A stretch of 32,000 nucleotides of DNA from Candidatus Nitrospira inopinata (GTDB lineage Bacteria > Nitrospirota > Nitrospiria > Nitrospirales > Nitrospiraceae), in NCBI RefSeq assembly GCF_001458695.1, contig NZ_LN885086.1, forward strand, positions 1,440,001 through 1,472,000, written 5' to 3'. Position numbers and translations under genes: made by a program. Shown here one piece after another: positions 1-7,138 of this stretch (position 1 is the stretch's first letter; each line of letters begins with the position of its first letter). The notes under the pieces were generated by a model. The model ran no database searches, was not told the origin of the DNA, and saw only the letters and a list, made by a program, of their open reading frames with translations.

Positions 1-712
1 GGACATCAATCCGAAAGAAGTGATCGATCTGATCGAGAAAACTTTCGGGAAAATCCCCGCCGCTCCCCCGCTGACGCTCAAGATGCCGGTGGAGCCCGAG
101 CAACGGGGAGAGCGGCGAGTGGAAGTGGAGTTTGACGCGGAACCGTCGATCGTCATCGGGTTTCACAAGCCCGGTTTGGGCCATCCCGATGAGCCGGTGT
201 TCGACGTCATCGATGCCGTTCTCTCGGATGGGTTGACGTCCCGCCTGCACCGAAAACTGGTTCAGGAACGCCGACTGGCTGCGTCCGTCCATACGGACGC
301 AAGCCATCCCGGCGTGCGCGATCCCAATCTCTTCATTGTCACGGCGACACCGCTGGCGCCTCGCACGACGGCGGAAGTGGAGGCCGCGATTTATGAAGAA
401 TTGGATCGGTTGAAGCGCGAACCGGTCTCGTCCAAGGAGCTTGAGCGGGTGATCAATAATTTGGACGCCGACATGGTGCGCGCGCTCAGGTCCAACAGCG
501 GGCTGGCATCCCAACTGGCGATGTATCAGGCGGTGGCCGGCGACTGGCGCTATATTCTCACGTCGCGCGACCGCGTGGCCGCGGTGACCGCCGCCGACAT
601 CCAGCGGGTGGCGACCCAGTATTTCACCAAGTCGAACCGGACGGTGGGGGTGCTGGTCAAGAAAAACGGCGCGAAAATCGCGGCTGCTCAGGACGGGGAG
701 GCGGCGCCATGA
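1..712 (+). CDS. M16 (pitrilysin/insulinase) family zinc peptidase, C-terminal part; the 5' end lies outside the window
   Basis: The frame is open from the window edge (codons phased from nt 2) to TGA 710-712. The sequence (GFHKPGLGHPDEPVFDVIDAVLSDGLTSRLHRKLV ... YQAVAGDWRY) looks like a Peptidase_M16_C half. The stop overlaps the next start (ATGA 709-712). Confidence 0.85.
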   Translation, partial: DINPKEVIDLIEKTFGKIPAAPPLTLKMPVEPEQRGERRVEVEFDAEPSIVIGFHKPGLGHPDEPVFDVIDAVLSDGLTSRLHRKLVQERRLAASVHTDASHPGVRDPNLFIVTATPLAPRTTAEVEAAIYEELDRLKREPVSSKELERVINNLDADMVRALRSNSGLASQLAMYQAVAGDWRYILTSRDRVAAVTAADIQRVATQYFTKSNRTVGVLVKKNGAKIAAAQDGEAAP

Positions 713-2196
713 CGAGGACAATGAAGAAGAGGAAAATCGCGATGGAGCTTCGTTCTGCGTCCTTGCTGGCGGCGGTCGTGGCGTCGATCGCGACCATGAC
801 CGGTTGCGCGGGCCTGGGGGAGCTGACCGACGCGCGGACCGCTGATCCGCGGACCATGAGATTTGCGCCCGTCGAGTTTTCTCCTCCGGAACCGGAACGG
901 CTCGTGTTGGACAACGGCATGGTGGTTTATCTGCTGGAGGATCATGAACTGCCCTTGATCACGGTGACGGCGACCATGCGAACAGGCGGTTGGCTCGACC
1001 AAGAAGACAAAATCGGTCTCGCCGCGTTGACCGGCACGGTGATGCGGACCGGCGGCGGAGGGAGGTTCTCCGCGGAGGAAGTCGACGAAGAGTTGGAGCA
1101 GCTCGCGGCCAACATCGGCATCGGCATCGGCCGGGAATCCGGGTCCGCCTCTCTCGACGTGTTGAGCAAGGATTTCAAACGGGGGTTGGAGATCTTCGCC
1201 GCTCTCCTTCGGGAGCCGGCGTTCGATCCGGCTCGTGTCGAGCTGGCCAAACTACAGGCCATCGAGGGAATTCGACGTCGGCAGGACCAGCCCGGCTCCA
1301 TCGTCGGTCGAGAGTTCCTCAAATCGCTGTACGGCGCCGGACATCCAAGCGCCCGCGAGAGCACGGTCGAATCGATTCGCCGCATCGGCAGAGACGACCT
1401 GGTCTCGTTCCACCGGGAGACCGTCCATCCGAACGGCATGATTCTCGGCGTCACGGGCGACTTCAAGAGAGAAGAAATGTTGGAAGCGTTGCGGGCAACC
1501 TTCGGAGATTGGCGGCCGGGAACGGTGCCGGAACTGAAGATTCCCGAGGTGGCCGAACAGGAAGCGGTCAAACCCGCGGTGCTGTTCATCGACAAGGAGA
1601 CGACGCAGACCCATCTCCGGGTGGGGCATTTGTCGATCAAAGAATACGATTCCGATTACGCCGCCTTGGCGATCGCCAACGACATTCTGGGAGGCAGCTC
1701 GTTCCGCAGCCGCCTGTTCAACGACGTGCGGACCAAACGGGGCTTGGCCTATTCCGTCGGCAGCCGTTTGATGGCCGGCTCGCACGATCAGGGCGTCTGG
1801 CTGATGAGGGCCGAGACCAAGTCCGAGTCCACGCAGGAAGTCGTCAAGCGGTTCGTGGCCAATGTCGAGCGTATCCGCTCCGAGTTCGTGAGCGACGAAG
1901 AGTTGGCCGAAGCGAAAGACGCCTACGTCAATTCGTTTGTGTTTTCGTTTTCCAGCCCATCGGCCATCGTGAGCCGACTGATCGAGCTGGAGTATGACGG
2001 CTTGCCCAAAGATTTCCTCCAGCAACTGCGCGACAAGGTCGTGAAGCTGACGAAGGAGGAAATCCTGGCGGCGGCTCAAAAGCACCTGCATCCCGACCGT
2101 CTGAAGATCGTCGCGGTGGGGCCTGGCAAGACCTTGCCGGGGGCCCTCTCGACGTTCGGCGTCGTCAAGGAGATCAAACTCTCGCCGGAAGGATAG
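709..2196 (+). CDS. M16 family peptidase-like lipoprotein, probably the non-catalytic partner subunit
   Basis: 495-aa ORF with a signal peptide and lipobox (LLAAVVASIATMTGC). It has two M16-type halves (YLLEDHELPLITVTATMRTGG; RSRLFNDVRTKRGLAYSVG). The position that normally carries HxxEH reads GLAALTGTVM, so no zinc motif is visible. Confidence 0.85.
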   Translation: MTRTMKKRKIAMELRSASLLAAVVASIATMTGCAGLGELTDARTADPRTMRFAPVEFSPPEPERLVLDNGMVVYLLEDHELPLITVTATMRTGGWLDQEDKIGLAALTGTVMRTGGGGRFSAEEVDEELEQLAANIGIGIGRESGSASLDVLSKDFKRGLEIFAALLREPAFDPARVELAKLQAIEGIRRRQDQPGSIVGREFLKSLYGAGHPSARESTVESIRRIGRDDLVSFHRETVHPNGMILGVTGDFKREEMLEALRATFGDWRPGTVPELKIPEVAEQEAVKPAVLFIDKETTQTHLRVGHLSIKEYDSDYAALAIANDILGGSSFRSRLFNDVRTKRGLAYSVGSRLMAGSHDQGVWLMRAETKSESTQEVVKRFVANVERIRSEFVSDEELAEAKDAYVNSFVFSFSSPSAIVSRLIELEYDGLPKDFLQQLRDKVVKLTKEEILAAAQKHLHPDRLKIVAVGPGKTLPGALSTFGVVKEIKLSPEG

Positions 2197-2257
2197 GGTC
2201 AAAACGGGCGCGAGGACTTTGGCGCGCCTGTCTCGATCGAGACCTGATCACTCGTGC

Positions 2258-3100
2258 ATGCCCCTCGAAGACGACTTCTGCGACATTCTGAAAAAATCGC
2301 GCATGGGCCAAGGCCTCTCGCTTGATGAGGTCGCTCGGGCGACGGGGCTGTCCAAAGCCGACCTTGCCGCATGGGAGCGAGGAGATCCGGTAAGGAAAAG
2401 ATCCGATGTCCATGTCCTGGCCGATGCGCTTGGGCTGAGGGCCGAACCTCTGGCCCGGATCGCCATTGATCATTGGGAACCGCTGCCCCGGCGATGGCCG
2501 GCCGGGGTGGAAGCGGTTCGGGGATCGGTCGGCGGCTACGGCGTCTGGGGGTACGTGGTGTTCGATGAAGGCGAGGCCGTGGTGATCGATACAGCGTACC
2601 ATGCGCCCGCGATGGTCGATCTGCTCGGCTTGCGGGGCTTGCGGCTGGTCGGAATTTGCCTGACGCATGGCCATGCCGACCATGCCGAAGGCATCGATCA
2701 GTTGTTGAACCATCGGGAAGTTCCGGTTTATCTGGGGCGAGAAGATCGTGATCTTCTAGGTTGGAGACCGCGTTCTGATCTCCTGGTCGCGCCGGCGGAT
2801 GGCCAGGTAATTCGGGTCGGCCGTCTGACGATTGCGTGCCTGGTGACGCCGGGCCACACGCTGGGCGGGATCTGTTATCGGCTGGATGACCGGGACGACC
2901 CGGTCTGTTTCGTCGGCGATACGCTGTTTGCCGGCTCGATCGGGCGATCCAATCCCCTCACGCTCTATACCACTCATCTCAAGTCGGTGCGGGAGCGAGT
3001 GCTGACGCTCGCGCCGAACTGTCGCCTCTTGCCCGGCCATGGTCCCGCGACGACCGTGGCCGAGGAACGGGCGCATAATCCGTTTGCGACCGTTGAGTAG
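2258..3100 (+). CDS. XRE-type HTH domain fused to an MBL-fold (glyoxalase II-like) metallo-hydrolase
   Basis: I take ATG 2258 as the start; the ORF track opens at TTG 2219. The N-terminal helix-turn-helix is GQGLSLDEVARATGLSKADLAAWERG. MBL motifs follow: THGHADH, PGHTLGG, VGDTLF, LLPGHG. Confidence 0.85.
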   Translation: MPLEDDFCDILKKSRMGQGLSLDEVARATGLSKADLAAWERGDPVRKRSDVHVLADALGLRAEPLARIAIDHWEPLPRRWPAGVEAVRGSVGGYGVWGYVVFDEGEAVVIDTAYHAPAMVDLLGLRGLRLVGICLTHGHADHAEGIDQLLNHREVPVYLGREDRDLLGWRPRSDLLVAPADGQVIRVGRLTIACLVTPGHTLGGICYRLDDRDDPVCFVGDTLFAGSIGRSNPLTLYTTHLKSVRERVLTLAPNCRLLPGHGPATTVAEERAHNPFATVE

Positions 3101-3111
3101 GCCGGATCTCC

Positions 3112-4095
3112 ATGAGGAATGACCACCAAGAAGACGAGCATCGGCGCGACCTCACCCCGTCCGACGCGGATCGAGCTCGGGACGCGGTTGATCAAAACGA
3201 CGTCGCGGCTGCCGACGGCGAGGGGGACGAGCCGTCATTTTTCTCGAAGTGGACGTTGCCGATGGCGCTGTTTCTCCTGACGTGTTTCACAACTCTGTGG
3301 GCCGGCGCCTACCAGGTCTATCGGGGACCCGCTCGCGGTCCCGTTGATTTTCTGCTGGCGAATCCCGAAAGCCTGTGGCAGGGGCTTCCCTTCGCCGGAG
3401 CGCTCCTCTTCATCCTCGTGACACACGAGCTTGGGCATTATCTTTTGTCGAGGATCCATCGCGTGCCGGCGTCGCTTCCGCTGTTTTTACCGGGCCCTCC
3501 GCACTTCATCGGGACCTTCGGGGCGGTGATCCGCATTCGTGGCCCGATCATGAATCGCCTGGCTCTGTTCGACATCGGAGTGGCTGGGCCGCTGGCCGGC
3601 TTTCTCGTCGCGGTGGCGGCTCTGATCGTGGGGCTGAACCTCTCGACCGTCGTGGAGGGCAAAGCGGGATTCGGACTGAAATTGGGTGAGCCGCTCTTGC
3701 TCAAATTTCTGGCGTGGCTGGTGATCGGGCCGATCCCCGCCGATTCGGACGTCGTGCTGCATCCGATCGGGTTTGCCGCCTGGTTCGGGCTGTTCGTCAC
3801 CTCGCTCAATCTGCTTCCCATCGGCCAGCTTGACGGCGGCCACGTCGCGTATGCCCTGTGGGGAAGACGTCAGCGGACCATGGCCTTGCTGTTTCTCCCG
3901 GTTCTCTTTGGGCTGGGGATGTTCGGCTGGCCCGGCTGGTTCCTCTGGGCCTTTATGGCAGGCTTGTGGGGGATCGGCCACCCCCCGGTGATGGATCCTG
4001 ACACACCGTTGGGACCGCGTCGCACCCTCGTCGGGTGGATTGCGCTGGCGGTGTTTGTCCTCACGTTTGCGCCCGTTCCCTTTTCGTTCCATTGA
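3112..4095 (+). CDS. M50 family site-2 protease (intramembrane zinc metalloprotease)
   Basis: 327 aa. HELGH (HExxH) sits in a hydrophobic segment, the NLLPIGQLDGGH S2P motif is present, and there are several TM helices. The start is only 11 nt after the previous stop. Confidence 0.9.
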   Translation: MRNDHQEDEHRRDLTPSDADRARDAVDQNDVAAADGEGDEPSFFSKWTLPMALFLLTCFTTLWAGAYQVYRGPARGPVDFLLANPESLWQGLPFAGALLFILVTHELGHYLLSRIHRVPASLPLFLPGPPHFIGTFGAVIRIRGPIMNRLALFDIGVAGPLAGFLVAVAALIVGLNLSTVVEGKAGFGLKLGEPLLLKFLAWLVIGPIPADSDVVLHPIGFAAWFGLFVTSLNLLPIGQLDGGHVAYALWGRRQRTMALLFLPVLFGLGMFGWPGWFLWAFMAGLWGIGHPPVMDPDTPLGPRRTLVGWIALAVFVLTFAPVPFSFH

Positions 4096-4123
4096 ACCCG
4101 GTCCCTCCGCTTGGTAACAGGGT

Positions 4124-4144
4124 GTTCGCTCCAAACGAGCGAGC
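4124..4144 (+). terminator. Stem-loop downstream of the M50 gene (weak terminator candidate)
   Basis: gttcgctc-caaac-gagcgagc forms an 8-bp stem (one G.U pair) with a 5-nt loop, 29 nt after the stop. It is followed by interrupted T-rich sequence that contains the tandem 8-mer ctatttgc ctatttgc (4157-4172). Confidence 0.3.
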
Positions 4145-4207
4145 GGCCGATCCTTTCTATTTGCCTATTTGCTTGCCCGATGTCGGGGGCGGTCCTAGAG
4201 TGGAGTC

Positions 4208-4957
4208 ATGCTGTCCGAAAAAGCGCCGGCGACCTGTCCTCGGTGCCGGGCCGAGCGGGTCGTCGGCGCGGAAGAATGTATCCACTGCGGGATCATCTTC
4301 GCGAAGTATCGGCCTCTGCCTGTGAAGTCTCCAAAGGCGCCTGCGCCTCGATCGCGACCCACGCCCCGTTGGATTCAAACGGCCCGGGAGTGGCTGATTG
4401 AATCGGACCAAGCCGCCGATTCACCGACCTTCTATGGACGGACCGCTCTGTTCGTGAGCCTGCTCTGGTGGGGATGGACATTGATCGCGGCCCCGCTTGA
4501 AACGAATGAAATCGGCGAGTCGTTTCTTCATTTGATCAATCTTGTCTTTCATGAAGCCGGCCATGTGCTCTTTGCTCCGTTCGGCCGTTTCATGATGATC
4601 CTGGGCGGGAGTCTGGGGCAGGTGCTGATGCCGATGATCTGCCTGATCGTCTTGCTGGTGAACACACGCGATCCGTTCGGCGCCTCGGTGGCCCTCTGGT
4701 GGACCGGGGAAAGTGTGATGGACGTGGCGCCTTATATCAACGACGCGCGGGCCATGGATCTGATTCTGTTGGGTGGAGTCACGGGAAAAGAAACGGACGG
4801 CCACGACTGGAATAATATTCTGTCCATGATGGGTCTCTTGGAATGGGACCATCGGTTGGCGCAGCTCACCCACCTGATCGGCATCCTGCTCATGCTCGGC
4901 TCTTTTCTCTGGGGCGGCATGCTGTTGCTGCGTCACTATCGCCGACTCTCGACCTAG
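4208..4957 (+). CDS. Zinc-ribbon domain plus polytopic membrane protein with an HExxH motif (putative membrane metalloprotease, uncharacterised family)
   Basis: 249 aa. The N-terminus has CPRC-x10-CIHC. About 5 hydrophobic helices follow, one carrying FHEAGHVLF, with acidic residues in ESVMDVAPYINDA downstream. Confidence 0.8.
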   Translation: MLSEKAPATCPRCRAERVVGAEECIHCGIIFAKYRPLPVKSPKAPAPRSRPTPRWIQTAREWLIESDQAADSPTFYGRTALFVSLLWWGWTLIAAPLETNEIGESFLHLINLVFHEAGHVLFAPFGRFMMILGGSLGQVLMPMICLIVLLVNTRDPFGASVALWWTGESVMDVAPYINDARAMDLILLGGVTGKETDGHDWNNILSMMGLLEWDHRLAQLTHLIGILLMLGSFLWGGMLLLRHYRRLST

Positions 4958-4998
4958 TTCATCCCTACATATCCATACCGTTTGAACCGCCCTTCCCT

Positions 4999-5036
4999 CT
5001 CCGGGTAACGATGGAAGGCATCGGCCGGGGTTTTTT
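4999..5036 (+). terminator. Rho-independent terminator after the zinc-ribbon/HExxH gene
   Basis: A composite hairpin, tcCCGG-g-taa-CGATG-gaagg-CATCG-g-CCGGgg, is immediately followed by TTTTTT (5031-5036). Confidence 0.55.
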
Positions 5037-5085
5037 CATTGTGCTCCATGTGTCTTGATGCTTTTTTGACGGCGTAGCCGTCCAT

Positions 5086-5102
5086 TTTGACACCGTTTTT
5101 AT
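5086..5102 (+). promoter_or_regulatory. Possible KdpE operator (T-rich 6-5-6 direct repeat) in the kdp promoter region
   Basis: TTTGAC-accgt-TTTTAT lies in a T-rich tract about 45 nt upstream of the first kdp-locus ORF. The layout resembles the E. coli KdpE site (TTTATA-n5-TTTACA, recalled from memory). I found no convincing -35/-10 pair. Confidence 0.25.
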
Positions 5103-5145
5103 ATTGAAGGAGCTACGCTGGGTTTCGCACGGAGGGAATGTGGGA

Positions 5146-5226
5146 ATGGATCTTGTCTTTATTGCGGTGGCAGTGGGGTTCTTTGCCCTATCCGGGTGGT
5201 TGATCTCAGGCCTGGATCGACTGTAG
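5146..5226 (+). CDS. 26-aa hydrophobic mini-protein upstream of kdpF (hypothetical)
   Basis: The ORF from ATG 5146 encodes MDLVFIAVAVGFFALSGWLISGLDRL. GGAGGG lies about 10 nt upstream. Its TAG stop (5224-5226) overlaps the AGGAG Shine-Dalgarno of kdpF. It is too short to appear in the ORF track. Confidence 0.4.
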   Translation: MDLVFIAVAVGFFALSGWLISGLDRL

Positions 5227-5234
5227 GAGACGCC

Positions 5235-5324
5235 ATGAACGTCTTGCACGCATTGGCTGTGATTGCGTCGGTCGGAGTGTTCGTTTACCTCATGGTCGCG
5301 CTGCTGAAGGCGGAGTGGTTTTGA
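5235..5324 (+). CDS. kdpF: K+-transporting ATPase subunit F
   Basis: 29-aa single-TM peptide MNVLHALAVIASVGVFVYLMVALLKAEWF. The C-terminal ...AEWF resembles the ...AEAF end of E. coli KdpF (from memory). AGGAG lies 5 nt upstream, and the stop overlaps the kdpA ATG (TGATG at 5322-5326). Confidence 0.8.
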   Translation: MNVLHALAVIASVGVFVYLMVALLKAEWF

Positions 5325-7117
5325 TGACGACGAACGCAGTCCTCCAAGTAGGGGTGTACTTTGCCGTGCTGCTGGCTCTCGTGAAGCCATTGGGGTGGTA
5401 TATGGCGAGAGTCTATGAAGGCAAACCCTGTGGCGTAGACCGTCTCCTCGGTCCCATAGAACGGGCCATATATCGGCTCTCCGGTCTCCGACCAACGGAT
5501 GAAATGGACTGGAAACGCTATGGGATGGCCATGCTGCTCTTCAATGCCGCCGGGTTCATGTTTCTCTATGGATTGCAGCGGTTTCAGGGGGGAGTGCCCG
5601 TCAATCCAGCCGATCTCGGCTCGGTCGAACCAGACCTGGCCTTCAACACGGCCGCGAGCTTTGTGACCAACACCAACTGGCAGGCGTATGGCGGGGAGAC
5701 CACGCTGAGTGACTTGACTCAGATGCTCGGCCTGACCTCGCAGAACTTCGTCTCCGCCGCGACGGGAATGGCGGTGCTTGTCGCATTGATCCGAGGGTTG
5801 AGCCGGAGCACTTCAACGACGCTCGGAAATTTCTGGAGCGATCTGGTCCGGAGCACGCTTTATATTCTGCTGCCGCTGGCGCTGCTCTTATCCTTGCTGT
5901 TGATATCGCAAGGCGTCGTCCAGACCTTCAATGCGTATCAGACGGCGATGCTGCTACAGCCCGTCGGATATGAGAGAAGCATGACCGATTCGAACGGCCA
6001 TCCGGTGCTTGATGAACAAGGAAAGCCGAGAACCGAACATGCAACGATACTCGAACAGACCATCGCAGTGGGTCCGGTTGCTTCTCAAATCGCCATCAAG
6101 CAGCTCGGGACGAACGGGGGAGGTTTTTTCAACGCTAATTCCGCCCATCCTTTTGAAAACCCCACGCCTTTGTCAAATTTTCTCGAAGTCTTGGCGATCC
6201 TCCTTATCCCGGCCTCGCTTTGCCATACGTTCGGCGTGATGGTGGGCGACACTCGCCAAGGCCGGGCCCTGCTCGCCGCTATGGCAGTTCTTCTTCTCTG
6301 TTTTATTCCACTAGGATTGTGGGCGGAGCAAAGCGGCAATCCGCTGCTGCATGGCGATATTGATCAACAGGTCCGAGACGGCCAATCGGGCGGAAATATG
6401 GAAGGAAAGGAAACGCGATTCGGCATCGCCGGCTCTGTCTTGTGGTCCACCGCGACAACCGCGGCATCCAATGGGTCCGTGAACTCGATGCACGATTCGT
6501 ATACGCCGGTGGGGGGGCTCGTGCCCCTCTTTCTTATGCAGCTCGGCGAAGTGGTGTTCGGGGGAGCCGGATCGGGATTGTACGGGATGATCACCTTTGC
6601 CATCATTGCCGTTTTTATTGCAGGCCTGATGGTGGGCAGGACGCCGGAGTATCTCGGTAAGAAGATCGAGCCCTATGAAATGAAGATGGCCGCGTTGCTG
6701 ATCCTCATCATGCCCATGATCGTTCTGGGCTTCACGGCCCTCGCCCTCGGAACGGAAACGGGGCGATCGTCGATTCTGAACCCCGGACCCCATGGGTTCA
6801 GCGAAGTCCTCTACGCCTACACGTCCCAAGGCACCAACAACGGCAGCGCGTTCGCGGGGCTCAATGCGAATACTCCCTTCTATAACCTTACCGGCGGCGT
6901 CGCCATGCTGATCGCTCGATTCTGGCTCGCGATCCCGACTCTGGCTCTTGCAGGATCGCTGGCAAAAAAGAAGGCAGCACCGTCCGGTTCCGGCACGATG
7001 GCGACACATACTCCTCTTTTTGTGACCCTTCTTATCGGCGTCGTCATATTGGTCGGGGCGCTGACGTTTCTGCCGGCGTTGGCCCTTGGCCCATTGGTTG
7101 AGCATCTGCTCATGTGA
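5324..7117 (+). CDS. kdpA: K+-transporting ATPase subunit A (channel-like subunit)
   Basis: Long polytopic ORF with a KdpA-type N-terminus (LLALVKPLGWYMARVYEG) and the QLGTNGGGFFNANSAHPFENP motif. ATG 5324 overlaps the kdpF stop; the track's GTG 5315 is less likely. Confidence 0.95.
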   Translation: MTTNAVLQVGVYFAVLLALVKPLGWYMARVYEGKPCGVDRLLGPIERAIYRLSGLRPTDEMDWKRYGMAMLLFNAAGFMFLYGLQRFQGGVPVNPADLGSVEPDLAFNTAASFVTNTNWQAYGGETTLSDLTQMLGLTSQNFVSAATGMAVLVALIRGLSRSTSTTLGNFWSDLVRSTLYILLPLALLLSLLLISQGVVQTFNAYQTAMLLQPVGYERSMTDSNGHPVLDEQGKPRTEHATILEQTIAVGPVASQIAIKQLGTNGGGFFNANSAHPFENPTPLSNFLEVLAILLIPASLCHTFGVMVGDTRQGRALLAAMAVLLLCFIPLGLWAEQSGNPLLHGDIDQQVRDGQSGGNMEGKETRFGIAGSVLWSTATTAASNGSVNSMHDSYTPVGGLVPLFLMQLGEVVFGGAGSGLYGMITFAIIAVFIAGLMVGRTPEYLGKKIEPYEMKMAALLILIMPMIVLGFTALALGTETGRSSILNPGPHGFSEVLYAYTSQGTNNGSAFAGLNANTPFYNLTGGVAMLIARFWLAIPTLALAGSLAKKKAAPSGSGTMATHTPLFVTLLIGVVILVGALTFLPALALGPLVEHLLM

Positions 7118-7138
7118 GGGGGGAGAGGAGCAAGGACT

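Noticed and set aside
990-2202. Long alternative-frame and antisense ORFs across the M16 gene (990-1997 +, 1252-2202 -, 942-1640 -)
   Set aside because: Their translations are Arg/Gly/Pro/Ser-rich and low-complexity with no motifs. This is typical of shadow ORFs in G+C-rich DNA, and the M16 frame explains the region.
709-3100. Possible PQQ biosynthesis remnant (M16 pair like PqqF/G plus an MBL-fold protein like PqqB)
   Set aside because: There is no pqqA peptide gene and no PqqC, PqqD or radical-SAM PqqE nearby. The MBL protein has glyoxalase-II-type motifs and an HTH, unlike PqqB.
4958-5145. c-di-AMP (ydaO/kimA-type) riboswitch upstream of the kdp operon
   Set aside because: After subtracting the terminator of the upstream gene, only about 100 nt remain. 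That is too short, and I saw no recognisable conserved cores. KdpDE control is encoded in the locus.
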